A DNA stretch of 64,000 nucleotides, from sequence record OP114734.1; one strand, given 5' to 3'. Positions 1 through 8,540 of this stretch are shown here, piece by piece (the stretch's first letter is position 1; each line of letters opens with the position of its first letter). The DNA comes from Escherichia phage vB_ESM-pEJ01. The translations under genes were made by a program, and so were the position numbers. A model generated the notes under the pieces. The model was not told the DNA's origin, did no database searches, and worked only from the letters and a program-made list of their open reading frames with translations.

Positions 1-200
1 GTATCATCTTTAGAGAATCCGAAGACCTTAGACGGAATATCTTCAATTGCTACTCCCGCGACTTCTGCATTACGCGCTTGGCAATAATGCAACTCTAAGT
101 TATCGAGATAGCGACCGCCTAATTTCTCCATATCATCCCAGCATTTCCAGTAACCTACTTTATTTGCAATCGCTAACACCTTGCTGTTTTCGTTGTTCAT
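1..200 (-). CDS. hypothetical protein, 5' part only (continues past window start)
   Basis: ATG at 200..198 with AAGGAG 9 nt upstream; frame open to position 1 (MNNENSKVLAIANKVGYWKC...). Confidence 0.45.
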   Translation of the reverse strand, partial: MNNENSKVLAIANKVGYWKCWDDMEKLGGRYLDNLELHYCQARNAEVAGVAIEDIPSKVFGFSKDD

Positions 201-266
201 CTTTGATTCTCCTTTTGTTTGGTATGGGAGTATGTTACTACTCCCTTGTTCTGGTGTCAATAGACT

Positions 267-473
267 TTATTCGATTATTTCAAATTTTGCTACCGGATCA
301 CCGTTTCGTTTGGTTGCAGTAAGTTGTTGTTTGTCAAAGTAAAACCAAATATAGTCACCATGAACTACATCAAATGTGTTTCCGCTATTGTCCGTGAATA
401 AATCAACATCATAATCACACCCAACACTAAAGCTATAATTGATGTGATCGGTTTCAATGCAACGTACTTTCAT
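267..473 (-). CDS. hypothetical protein (68 aa)
   Basis: Track ORF 267..533 trimmed to internal ATG (MKVRCIETDH...) preceded by AAGGAG. Confidence 0.45.
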   Translation of the reverse strand: MKVRCIETDHINYSFSVGCDYDVDLFTDNSGNTFDVVHGDYIWFYFDKQQLTATKRNGDPVAKFEIIE

Positions 474-545
474 TTTTGAATCTCCTTTTTGTTTCACTGT
501 GTGTATTATGCAATGCTGGATTATGGAAGTCAAACAACTTTTTAA

Positions 546-577
546 AATAAAAAAAAGCCGACCACAAGGATCGGCTT
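546..577 (-). terminator. rho-independent terminator
   Basis: Minus strand AGCCGA-loop-TCGGCT hairpin followed by a T8 run, 10 nt downstream of the stop of ORF 587..982. Confidence 0.6.
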
Positions 578-586
578 AATAATCAG

Positions 587-982
587 TTACTTACTAAATT
601 TCTTTTTGGCTTCGTCTACTGCATGAGATGCTAGTACCGCTGCCGCATGTGCACTTTTATCTGTGTTGCAGAGAACACCCAGATAAACATCACGCCAAAG
701 TTTAATCATCTCATAGATCATATCAATATCATTTTCTTGTTTGTTGGCGATGCTATTCGTTGTTATCTGGTAAGGTAACGGCTTTATCTGTACTGGTTCC
801 GCCATCGGGCTAATCGGTTTCGGATCAGTCATAATAGGTGCTGTTGTGGGTGGTGTTTTCCATACGTCATTATTCCACGGTTTAATCGTTGTATCGTAAA
901 GTTTATAAGGATTTTTGTCTGGATCAACCATCCATGCATGATGGATACCTAAACCATTTGAAGTGATGCGTCGTTCATTCAT
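587..982 (-). CDS. hypothetical protein (131 aa)
   Basis: Long minus-strand ORF in the gene 52-proximal block. Confidence 0.45.
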   Translation of the reverse strand: MNERRITSNGLGIHHAWMVDPDKNPYKLYDTTIKPWNNDVWKTPPTTAPIMTDPKPISPMAEPVQIKPLPYQITTNSIANKQENDIDMIYEMIKLWRDVYLGVLCNTDKSAHAAAVLASHAVDEAKKKFSK

Positions 983-1187
983 GTTTTACCCCCTCTGATA
1001 ATTCTTTCATCAAGCTGTCGATCTTTGCTCTGTGTTCTGGCGTGTTTGTCATCTCTGCTAATTTGCTCAGAGATTCACTGGTGATCCGGTTGGATTCTTC
1101 CAGTGTTTCAACGACAATTGGAACAATCTTTTTATTGTTGTACAGAAATGCAATATAACCGTCTTCTGGATATTCTTTCATAATCAA
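975..1187 (-). CDS. hypothetical protein (70 aa)
   Basis: ORF whose ends overlap neighbours by a few nt, typical phage packing. Confidence 0.4.
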   Translation of the reverse strand: MIMKEYPEDGYIAFLYNNKKIVPIVVETLEESNRITSESLSKLAEMTNTPEHRAKIDSLMKELSEGVKHE

Positions 1188-2545
1188 CCCTTCTTAAGTT
1201 CTTTAAGATCTTTCTTATATTCCTTCATTGCGGTCGTCTTTGTCCAATACTCATATTCACTATGATGTTTCTCGGCATCTTTGACCAGTCGATCATACTC
1301 TTCTTGAGTAACGCTATACAATGGCATAGAAACTAGCTTATCGGCGTATGGACGCAGTTTTTCATGTCCATTGATGGATTGCATTACCTCGTCCTTTTTC
1401 TTTCCCTGTAGCTCGATTTCGCCCTTAATTACGCGATCGATAAATTCGGCTTTAGCCATTGCATAATTGTATGCTTCCAGCGTTTCCGCTTGCATCAATT
1501 CAATGCGTTTATCGACATACCCTAATCGGATTTCGACGAATCGACGGATCAGATCGCTCGCTTTCTCGAATACTTCTACTAAACCACGTTCGTTAACTAC
1601 TACGATATTCTGGGCTACTAACTGCGTTAGTTTAAAATCCTTCATGATTTGCTCATGTCGAGCGGATTCATCTTCGCTTTTGAAATAATCGCGTTTCAGT
1701 GTTACTTCAAATCTGAATCCGTCCTTAGAGCAACGGTCATTATACGATACAATCAGATCTTTTTCTTCCAGTGCATCCAGTACCGCTACATATTCTTCAC
1801 GGTCGAACTTATAAGGAACTTCTGATATTGTCAGTTTAGTCTTGCCGTTTAGTTCATATGTACCCTCAAGAATCACACCATCGCGATCATCTCGCGGGAT
1901 AACTTTACCTGTGAATTTCGGGAATTGAACACTAGGTTCTTTATCCAGTTTTCCGGTAAGTGCTAGCTCTGTGCATTCAATAAGGCTTTCCAGTGAATGC
2001 GGTAAAATGTCAGTTTTATACCCTGTAGCAATACCACTAATACCATTAGCCAATACCATTGGCACAACTGGCAAGTAGAAAGCTGGCGGGATGTGTTCCA
2101 GATCTTCGTGCTTAGGTGCGCAATTCATATCTTTATAGATTTTAAAGAAGTTTTCATGCACACGAGCAAAGATATAACGTGCCGCACCTGCTTTCTGGAC
2201 TAAACGCGATCCGAAGTTACCTTGACCGTCAAGCAGTGGAGTATTATTGCTCCATGTATTCGCCATGAGTGATCCGGCTTCTACGGCATTAGTTTCGCCG
2301 TGGTGATAACCCAACTCGGCAACACCAGATCCAATATCTGCCATCTTACGGAATTTCTTACGGTCGCCTTTACTCTTTTGAAGTGCGCACTCCATAACAA
2401 AGCGTTGCACTGGTTTAAGCCCATCCACTAATTGAGGAATCCCGCGTTCCTCGGCAGAATAGATCGCATATTCCTTAGCTTCATTATGTACAATGCTTTC
2501 AAGGCTGCGGTAAGTAACTGATTTATTCATCTTCACCTCATACAC
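1184..2545 (-). CDS. 52: DNA topoisomerase II medium subunit (GyrA-like, T4 gp52 homologue)
   Basis: Motifs DGLKPVQRFV and LLDGQGNFGS characteristic of type IIA topoisomerase A subunit; size matches T4 gp52; true start may be MNKSV.. at ~2530. Confidence 0.9.
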   Translation of the reverse strand: MYEVKMNKSVTYRSLESIVHNEAKEYAIYSAEERGIPQLVDGLKPVQRFVMECALQKSKGDRKKFRKMADIGSGVAELGYHHGETNAVEAGSLMANTWSNNTPLLDGQGNFGSRLVQKAGAARYIFARVHENFFKIYKDMNCAPKHEDLEHIPPAFYLPVVPMVLANGISGIATGYKTDILPHSLESLIECTELALTGKLDKEPSVQFPKFTGKVIPRDDRDGVILEGTYELNGKTKLTISEVPYKFDREEYVAVLDALEEKDLIVSYNDRCSKDGFRFEVTLKRDYFKSEDESARHEQIMKDFKLTQLVAQNIVVVNERGLVEVFEKASDLIRRFVEIRLGYVDKRIELMQAETLEAYNYAMAKAEFIDRVIKGEIELQGKKKDEVMQSINGHEKLRPYADKLVSMPLYSVTQEEYDRLVKDAEKHHSEYEYWTKTTAMKEYKKDLKELKKG

Positions 2546-2900
2546 GCTTACAAATCACATTCTTTACTTTATCAGATTTATCAGCCCAATCCAATAGCCA
2601 TTTTAACGGAAGGATTGAAACAATAAACGGGGCAGCAATCAAAGCAAACATGATACACCGGATAATCAGGAAAGTGCAAGTAACAAAGCTAGCGATACTG
2701 ATCCCGACAAAACAAAATACCATAGAAAACAGAGTAATGATATAGAAAGGCCAGAATACCCACTCCCGCATCTTAACGCCTTTGTATTCCCTGAATTGCT
2801 TAAAATCTACAAACAACTCTCGGATAGACGCGTACAGGACCGAAAAATCATCTTTCATTGCTCTGAATGAGCAATCTTCTATTTTAGAATGACCTAGCAT
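2538..2900 (-). CDS. hypothetical membrane protein
   Basis: Two long hydrophobic segments (IITLFSMVFCFVGISIASFV, IMFALIAAPFIVSIL). Confidence 0.4.
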   Translation of the reverse strand: MLGHSKIEDCSFRAMKDDFSVLYASIRELFVDFKQFREYKGVKMREWVFWPFYIITLFSMVFCFVGISIASFVTCTFLIIRCIMFALIAAPFIVSILPLKWLLDWADKSDKVKNVICKRV

Positions 2901-2902
2901 TA

Positions 2903-3196
2903 TTAACCGCCTTTCATCATTGATACTGGAATTGTTTTCTGATTTGTGTATAATTGGCCTACTTCAATTTTTTCTTGAATCACCACGACGTTACAATATC
3001 CACTGTCTTTAAGTTTTCTGATAATGACTCGCTTTTGTTCGTCGGTGATAGGATTGACTGTTCTCACCAATTCACCGCAAATAATAGCACCATCTTTACA
3101 ATTACCAGTAACTTTCATGCTACGACCGTGAACAACAACCACGTCACCGTAAATCACATTTTCGTCGTCGTATTTGGTAATAACCGTGACCGTCAT
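2903..3196 (-). CDS. hypothetical protein (97 aa)
   Basis: ORF with GAGGGAA RBS before ATG at 3196. Confidence 0.45.
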   Translation of the reverse strand: MTVTVITKYDDENVIYGDVVVVHGRSMKVTGNCKDGAIICGELVRTVNPITDEQKRVIIRKLKDSGYCNVVVIQEKIEVGQLYTNQKTIPVSMMKGG

Positions 3197-3210
3197 AATG
3201 TATTCCCTCT

Positions 3211-3235
3211 AAGAAAGGCCGCGCAAAGCGGCCTA
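3211..3235 (-). terminator. rho-independent terminator
   Basis: GGCCGC-gcaaa-GCGGCC hairpin followed by TTTCTT on minus strand, between ORFs 3242..3574 and 2903..3196. Confidence 0.5.
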
Positions 3236-3241
3236 TGTTGA

Positions 3242-3574
3242 TTATTGTTCTACAGTATAACCGTTGTTTTCAAGCCATGCAATAACAATCTTTTCGCCAA
3301 TTTCATCGAGCATTTCATCAGCGCCATATTCTTTAATGAAAGTCGATGGATCATTATTGCTTACTACGTGCTGGATCACAACATGTTCAGGAATTGCGTC
3401 TAGTAGTTCGCTATGATCATACTCATTAACGATATCTTCAACACTAACATTATTAACCAAATCAACATCATCCATAGTCACAGTAACGCGACCGGACGGA
3501 CGCAATGAATATTGGCTACTTTCAACTTCAACATGTGCACTTTCGCAAGTAACTTTCATATCAACCATAATCAA
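3242..3574 (-). CDS. hypothetical acidic protein (110 aa)
   Basis: ORF immediately downstream of rIIB. Confidence 0.45.
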   Translation of the reverse strand: MIMVDMKVTCESAHVEVESSQYSLRPSGRVTVTMDDVDLVNNVSVEDIVNEYDHSELLDAIPEHVVIQHVVSNNDPSTFIKEYGADEMLDEIGEKIVIAWLENNGYTVEQ

Positions 3575-3582
3575 TTCCTCTG

Positions 3583-4584
3583 TTAGTAATGGCTAAAACC
3601 TTCGGTCACATCTTCAACCACATAGTAACGATGACAGCGCATTTTGGCATTTGCATAATCTTTCGGGATACTTACAACGTGACGCGGATCAACTTTGCAT
3701 TTAATGATTCGGCCTCGTCCACCGCCATAGTGCGGAATATAGTGTTTCGCTGCAACGTGGAGGCCATTAGAGCAAGTGCGATCATCATCTGGGTCCACGT
3801 CTTTACGCTTCATTTTAACCGTGCGACCTGGGCTATTATCAAACGTATGCGTAAAGAAATCTTTATAATCAACATCAACACGTTTCCATGCATAGAAACA
3901 ACCATCTTCCACGATCTCAATGTCGTTGTGCTCTAAGAAGTCAAATAGACGATCTACGGCCTTACGGCTAGGGTTTTTCTTGCACTTCTCAAAGAAGTTA
4001 AGATAGTGCGTATATGGCTTATTCTCTTTAATCGACTCCACAACTCGACGAGTCAGATTATTATCAAGAACAATATTATGATAATACACAATACCATTTT
4101 CGATACGGAAAGCGCCGTGATAATATACTTCAACCGCTTTCTTAATGTCAATCAGCGTAATAGCTTTGATGAAATCATTATGTTTAATCGCTTCCAGTGC
4201 TTCCTTAAAGTTAACATGTGATGGATCAGCAGTATAAACAATGTCACCACATGTAATAGTAATAAACTTAGTTGAGGCTATGGCTACGATTTTTGAGGAA
4301 GTAGTCACGGGCTTTTTTGCGCGTTCACCGCCTTTTCCTTTACTGGTTTTACGGCGTGCTTTACGTTTTTCTAGTGCCTTGCGGCCTTCCGCTACTGCGT
4401 CTTTCTGAATCAGTAATACACGGGAAGCAGTGCGACGAGATACACCAAATGCTGCCGCAAGTGCTTCGCGGGTAGTAAACTTACCTTCGCCCCACTGTTT
4501 AGCCAGTTTGATTTGTTTCGCAGAATCCAGACATTGAACGTTACGGTCAGAGACGGTGATTTTTGCTTTAGTCATAGTATTCAT
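3583..4584 (-). CDS. rIIB: rIIB protein
   Basis: Position directly downstream of rIIA; conserved C-terminal blocks FDNSPG..VKM and DVVSIP..DYANAKMR recalled from T4 rIIB; N-terminal HTH-like segment. Confidence 0.8.
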   Translation of the reverse strand: MNTMTKAKITVSDRNVQCLDSAKQIKLAKQWGEGKFTTREALAAAFGVSRRTASRVLLIQKDAVAEGRKALEKRKARRKTSKGKGGERAKKPVTTSSKIVAIASTKFITITCGDIVYTADPSHVNFKEALEAIKHNDFIKAITLIDIKKAVEVYYHGAFRIENGIVYYHNIVLDNNLTRRVVESIKENKPYTHYLNFFEKCKKNPSRKAVDRLFDFLEHNDIEIVEDGCFYAWKRVDVDYKDFFTHTFDNSPGRTVKMKRKDVDPDDDRTCSNGLHVAAKHYIPHYGGGRGRIIKCKVDPRHVVSIPKDYANAKMRCHRYYVVEDVTEGFSHY

Positions 4585-4637
4585 TCCTCTATTAGTTGGG
4601 CGACTATCGCCGCCCGATTCACATCATTATACCAGAA

Positions 4638-4769
4638 TTATTTTGCTTCGACAACCTTGCGGATTGTGCGGTCTGATACATTATAGATTCGTGCCAGTTC
4701 GCCTTTAGTCAAACCGCGAGCGTATTGTTTACGGATGGTTTCTTTCTGGATGGCGGTCAGTTTAGTCAT
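4638..4769 (-). CDS. small helix-turn-helix protein (43 aa), not in ORF track
   Basis: ATG 5 nt after a GAGGTG RBS that directly follows the rIIA stop; translation MTKLTAIQKETIRKQYARGLTKGELARIYNVSDRTIRKVVEAK has a classic HTH. Confidence 0.5.
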   Translation of the reverse strand: MTKLTAIQKETIRKQYARGLTKGELARIYNVSDRTIRKVVEAK

Positions 4770-4780
4770 AATATCACCTC

Positions 4781-6889
4781 TTAAAATTTAACATTCTTAA
4801 CCAGTTTCATAAAGTCTTGTGCGCGTTTGTCATTATGCAGAATACGATACCAGTTATCGACAATATCATACAGTAACGGGCTATTCTCTTTAAACTTCGC
4901 ACAAACTGCTTTAATTCGTTCGTTTGCTACCGTGAATTTTTCATCACAAATCTTTTTAGTTTCTTCGTCCATAACCCAACGAGTACGAAGGAGTAACTTG
5001 GAAACCTCTTTATTATAATGACGACCGTACAGTCTGTCAATAAATTCTGGAACACAGCGTTCTAGTTCATCGTCATGAAACAACATAGTGATCACACCCA
5101 GATATTCGCCATACCCCAGATGATTGGTCTTAACCTTCTTAGCCAGACCAGCCAGCTTACCGCGAACAAATTCTAGCGCACATTCCAATTGTTCGTCAAC
5201 GAGATATTTTTGTGTCTCGTTTCGAGTAATAATATACTTTGTTACCCCGAAGTAGTCAAGCGCCGTGTGTAATGTATTTTCACTATGGATCGATTTACGA
5301 CTACGGCTTTCGAATGCATCACCTACGCGGAACATGTGCAAGCCTGATAACTCGCGAATCTCTGCCGCTTTCATGTGATGGCTGGTTTTATGCCAACTGT
5401 CACCAATCTTTTCCATGATATACACGTTAGGCAGCTTGGGAGTAGCTTCACGTTGTGTACGCTCGGTCTTCTCCGGTTTAACTGCTTTAGCACGCAGATC
5501 ATCGGCCTCAGACACTTTAATCACGGTCATTTCAGAATCATCATAATACTGTTTGATGTACTCGAAAGTCTCCATATGTTTTTCGTTGCGCTGACGGAAC
5601 ACAAGTACCTTTTTATTGATGCCGTATTCCTGGACCATACCGTTAAGAGTCAGTGCACGCAGTTTCGGTTTATCGGTATCATCAATAAGACACGTAATAT
5701 CTTCTTTATGCATCCATACAAAATGCGTAATGTTGTATTGACTGCTAACGAAAGCAGGGCGCAATTTACTGATTGTGTGACGAGTACGATACAGAGTATA
5801 CACCTGACCTTCTACGTCATTAGGCGAATCTTTACCCGCATTCACAAACTTATTATAGATTGCTACCGGATCATCCCACTGCCCGATCTTACCCATCTTG
5901 CTAATAATATTGCGTTGAGTCGATGAATACTCGCTCATAAATTGCGCAAGTTTACGCTCTGTTTTAATGTTGGCGATCTTCTCTTTAACCTTTTCCAACA
6001 TCATTTCATTGATTTCTGCAATGCGTTTTTCGATGTTCGCTTTAGTCTCAATTGACAAGTGAACTTCTTCACGCGATGGCATCAGGTCCAGATCACCCAA
6101 CTCAAAATTAATGTAAATGGTCTGGTGCTGGCGGTTTACAGCTTCTAACCATGTTCCGCGAACATATTCATACGGGATCGGGTACTGGATCTTACCCATG
6201 ATTGCATATACCACATAGGAATCGTTATCACGCCCATTACAAACATAATAATTATCAAAGCTAGGGAAATAATTAATTTCGATTGCATTGATATTAGGTT
6301 TGTGTTCCCCAAAATGACGCAGTACAAACTGTGCTTCTCGATGCCATGTCTGAATATCTTTCTCTTTCACCGGAATAGTGATTTTCAGACCATTGTCTTC
6401 ATAGGTCGGTTCGTCGAAAATCTGCACCATTTTAGGCATAGAGTTTTGCACAAATGCCGTAAAGCCATAAGCGCGACCATTGTAATAGTTTACGATTGTA
6501 AAGGTGTCAGTGTAGCTATAAGCAGATTTCGCACCTAAACCAAAAGATCCGATATAATCATTAGTCTGGTCTTTGGTTGATTCAAAGTAAACCGTAAACA
6601 GTTGTTCTAATTCTTTCTTAGACGGAATACCAGTACCATAATCACGCACAGAAAAATACGGTTCGATTGCAGTCGGTAAATGAATATCAAACGGACGATC
6701 TAAGGTTCCTGCTTCTTTGTGAGTGTCGGTAGCATTACATGAATACTCACGGACGCAAGCACGCTCACAATATTGATAAGTGTTCTTAGAAAGCACCATA
6801 AAAGCCTTGCTACTTGCTTTCAGAGAAAAATCAACCGCACCGCTCAAGTCACTGCCAAATACTTCCTCATTATCGATATGCATTTTCAT
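4781..6889 (-). CDS. rIIA: rIIA protein (GHKL/Bergerat-fold ATPase N-terminus)
   Basis: 702 aa; GHKL-type motifs (DYGTGIP, GSFGLGAKSAYSYTDTFT); synteny with rIIB and topoisomerase 39. Confidence 0.85.
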   Translation of the reverse strand: MKMHIDNEEVFGSDLSGAVDFSLKASSKAFMVLSKNTYQYCERACVREYSCNATDTHKEAGTLDRPFDIHLPTAIEPYFSVRDYGTGIPSKKELEQLFTVYFESTKDQTNDYIGSFGLGAKSAYSYTDTFTIVNYYNGRAYGFTAFVQNSMPKMVQIFDEPTYEDNGLKITIPVKEKDIQTWHREAQFVLRHFGEHKPNINAIEINYFPSFDNYYVCNGRDNDSYVVYAIMGKIQYPIPYEYVRGTWLEAVNRQHQTIYINFELGDLDLMPSREEVHLSIETKANIEKRIAEINEMMLEKVKEKIANIKTERKLAQFMSEYSSTQRNIISKMGKIGQWDDPVAIYNKFVNAGKDSPNDVEGQVYTLYRTRHTISKLRPAFVSSQYNITHFVWMHKEDITCLIDDTDKPKLRALTLNGMVQEYGINKKVLVFRQRNEKHMETFEYIKQYYDDSEMTVIKVSEADDLRAKAVKPEKTERTQREATPKLPNVYIMEKIGDSWHKTSHHMKAAEIRELSGLHMFRVGDAFESRSRKSIHSENTLHTALDYFGVTKYIITRNETQKYLVDEQLECALEFVRGKLAGLAKKVKTNHLGYGEYLGVITMLFHDDELERCVPEFIDRLYGRHYNKEVSKLLLRTRWVMDEETKKICDEKFTVANERIKAVCAKFKENSPLLYDIVDNWYRILHNDKRAQDFMKLVKNVKF

Positions 6890-6903
6890 AATATAATCCT
6901 CAC

Positions 6904-7161
6904 TTAATTAAAATCTTCTTCGTCCATCTCTGCGTAGATTACATCCCACGCCCATAAATCAATAAACGCATTATATGTCACGGTGCAATCGTTGTCAATC
7001 ACTTCTTTCGCATATTTCTTGATGTTTTCGTAGGAAACTTGCGGATCAATTTTGTGTTTACGAAGGTGTGCATATTCATACCTCAAACATTTCATAAACA
7101 GGTTCATCGATTTCTTTTCTCGATGACACTTGGCGATCAGAAAATCAAAACTTCGACTCAT
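6904..7161 (-). CDS. hypothetical protein (rIIA.1 position)
   Basis: ORF between rIIA and the topoisomerase gene. Confidence 0.4.
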   Translation of the reverse strand: MSRSFDFLIAKCHREKKSMNLFMKCLRYEYAHLRKHKIDPQVSYENIKKYAKEVIDNDCTVTYNAFIDLWAWDVIYAEMDEEDFN

Positions 7162-7171
7162 TTTCTACTCC

Positions 7172-7366
7172 TTATACATTTTCAATCACCCATTGCAGAT
7201 GGGCTTCTGCGTCAACCAGTTCAGCGCGGCTTTTCTCTAAGCACTTGCTGTATTCTTTACGTTCCCAATCAGCAATTTCGTTTTTCAGGACTTCTTCATA
7301 GTAAGCAATTACGCCTTTCAGGTCTGAAACTTTACGGCTTGCCAGTTCGATGTAATGGTTACGCAT
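7172..7366 (-). CDS. hypothetical protein (64 aa)
   Basis: ORF downstream of a PeSL-like promoter. Confidence 0.4.
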   Translation of the reverse strand: MRNHYIELASRKVSDLKGVIAYYEEVLKNEIADWERKEYSKCLEKSRAELVDAEAHLQWVIENV

Positions 7367-7535
7367 TTTGATTCTCCTTTGTTACTAGATAACGAATTTG
7401 GTCTTGCATTGCGATCAGTTCCCAGCGTGCTACTTTCATCATGGAAACCGACTCTTTGAACATAATATTAGCCTTTTCCTTATTCCCTGTCAAGTAGATT
7501 TCTGCAATTTTCACAAAATTTTTGAGTTTCTTCAT
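7359..7535 (-). CDS. possible small ORF (58 aa), weak RBS
   Basis: Untracked ORF MKKLKNFVKIAEIYL...; no clear SD, so tentative. Confidence 0.2.
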   Translation of the reverse strand: MKKLKNFVKIAEIYLTGNKEKANIMFKESVSMMKVARWELIAMQDQIRYLVTKENQNA

Positions 7536-7581
7536 TCTTAAACGGTTTCATATAAGTCAACCTTTTGTTTTCGATGGGGAC

Positions 7582-7610
7582 ATTATGATATATCCCCGAT
7601 CCAATGTCAA
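7582..7610 (-). promoter_or_regulatory. early-type promoter cassette (-35 TTGACA, 17-nt spacer, -10 CATAAT) with GGGGA/TCCCC hairpin
   Basis: Minus strand TTGACA at 7610..7605 and CATAAT at 7587..7582; followed by conserved leader CATCGAAAACAAAAGG. Confidence 0.55.
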
Positions 7611-7617
7611 CAGATTT

Positions 7618-7917
7618 TTAATCTTTTTTCAGTGCATCCATTACTCGCTCTGCGATCAGTTCTCGTAAGCACTGATAACCATGATATTTGATGGCAATGT
7701 CACGCAGATCATTAACCAGTTCCCGTACTTCATGGTCTTTCAGATCGTCTCTGTATTTCGATTTAACCGTGTCTTTAGGTGGATTGTGGATAACCTGAAA
7801 ACCTTGTTCTGCAATCACTGCGGCTTCGCGCTGGCGTTCATGTTGTACTGTATTTTTGATCAGGTCTGCTTCCATGAACTTTGCCATACTCATCATCATG
7901 TTATTCTTTTTGCTCAT
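7618..7917 (-). CDS. hypothetical protein (99 aa)
   Basis: Track ORF 7618..7953 trimmed: its first ATG lies inside the promoter -10; internal ATG (MSKKNN..) has GAGGA RBS. Confidence 0.45.
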   Translation of the reverse strand: MSKKNNMMMSMAKFMEADLIKNTVQHERQREAAVIAEQGFQVIHNPPKDTVKSKYRDDLKDHEVRELVNDLRDIAIKYHGYQCLRELIAERVMDALKKD

Positions 7918-7952
7918 TATTAAATCCTCATAAAAGAAAAGGGAGACTCCCA

Positions 7953-7979
7953 TTATAGAGAATCTCCCTTGTATGTCAA
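7953..7979 (-). promoter_or_regulatory. early-type promoter cassette with GGGAGA/TCTCCC hairpin over -10
   Basis: TTGACA at 7979..7974, TATAAT at 7958..7953, 16-nt spacer. Confidence 0.55.
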
Positions 7980-8539
7980 CTAAAATTTAAAGATGCAAAC
8001 TCCCCGTGATGAATTTTTGCATATTCATCATATGCTCTAGCGGCTTCCTCCTGAGTAGCAAACGATCCTATGTATTTTCTGTATCCGTTTATCCTTATTT
8101 GTGCTTGCCACGGTCTTTTGCTAGATCCTTTGCGATGAGTAACACCATTATATATGCTCGTGCACCCGTCCATTTTCTTTTTATTGTACATGTTTTGTTG
8201 TTGTGTTGCCTCCCGTAAATTTGGTGGATTGTTGTTTTCTGGATTCCCGTCTATGTGGTCTATTACCTTAACCTGTGTTCCATATTCAAGAAACCAGACA
8301 ATTCTATGTACAAGATATGTAGATGTTCTCTTTTTAACCTTATTGTAAACATCTATTGCCAAATGACCGTAATTTAACTTTTTTGTTTTTACTTTATCAC
8401 CGACTCGGTAGAAATATCCCTCTGGTAGACCATTAAAAGACGGACTATTTGTTTTGTGATATAGAACACCTTCCGTGTGTTCAAATCTGCGTTTTAATTC
8501 CTCTTGAATTTCAGTATTCCAAAATTTCGCACTTTTCAT
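7976..8539 (-). CDS. HNH homing endonuclease with C-terminal AP2 DNA-binding domain
   Basis: HNH_3 motif VDHIDGNPENNNPPNLREAT; AP2-like YNGVTHRKGSSKRPWQAQIRINGYRKYIGSFATQEEAARAYD; free-standing between rIIA.1 block and topoisomerase gene. Confidence 0.8.
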   Translation of the reverse strand: MKSAKFWNTEIQEELKRRFEHTEGVLYHKTNSPSFNGLPEGYFYRVGDKVKTKKLNYGHLAIDVYNKVKKRTSTYLVHRIVWFLEYGTQVKVIDHIDGNPENNNPPNLREATQQQNMYNKKKMDGCTSIYNGVTHRKGSSKRPWQAQIRINGYRKYIGSFATQEEAARAYDEYAKIHHGEFASLNFS

Positions 8540-8540
8540 A

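Noticed and set aside
7618-7953. Track start codons at 7953, 44878 and 48805
   Set aside because: These ATGs fall inside the -10/-35 of the promoter cassettes, upstream of the predicted transcription start; internal ATGs with proper RBS were used instead.
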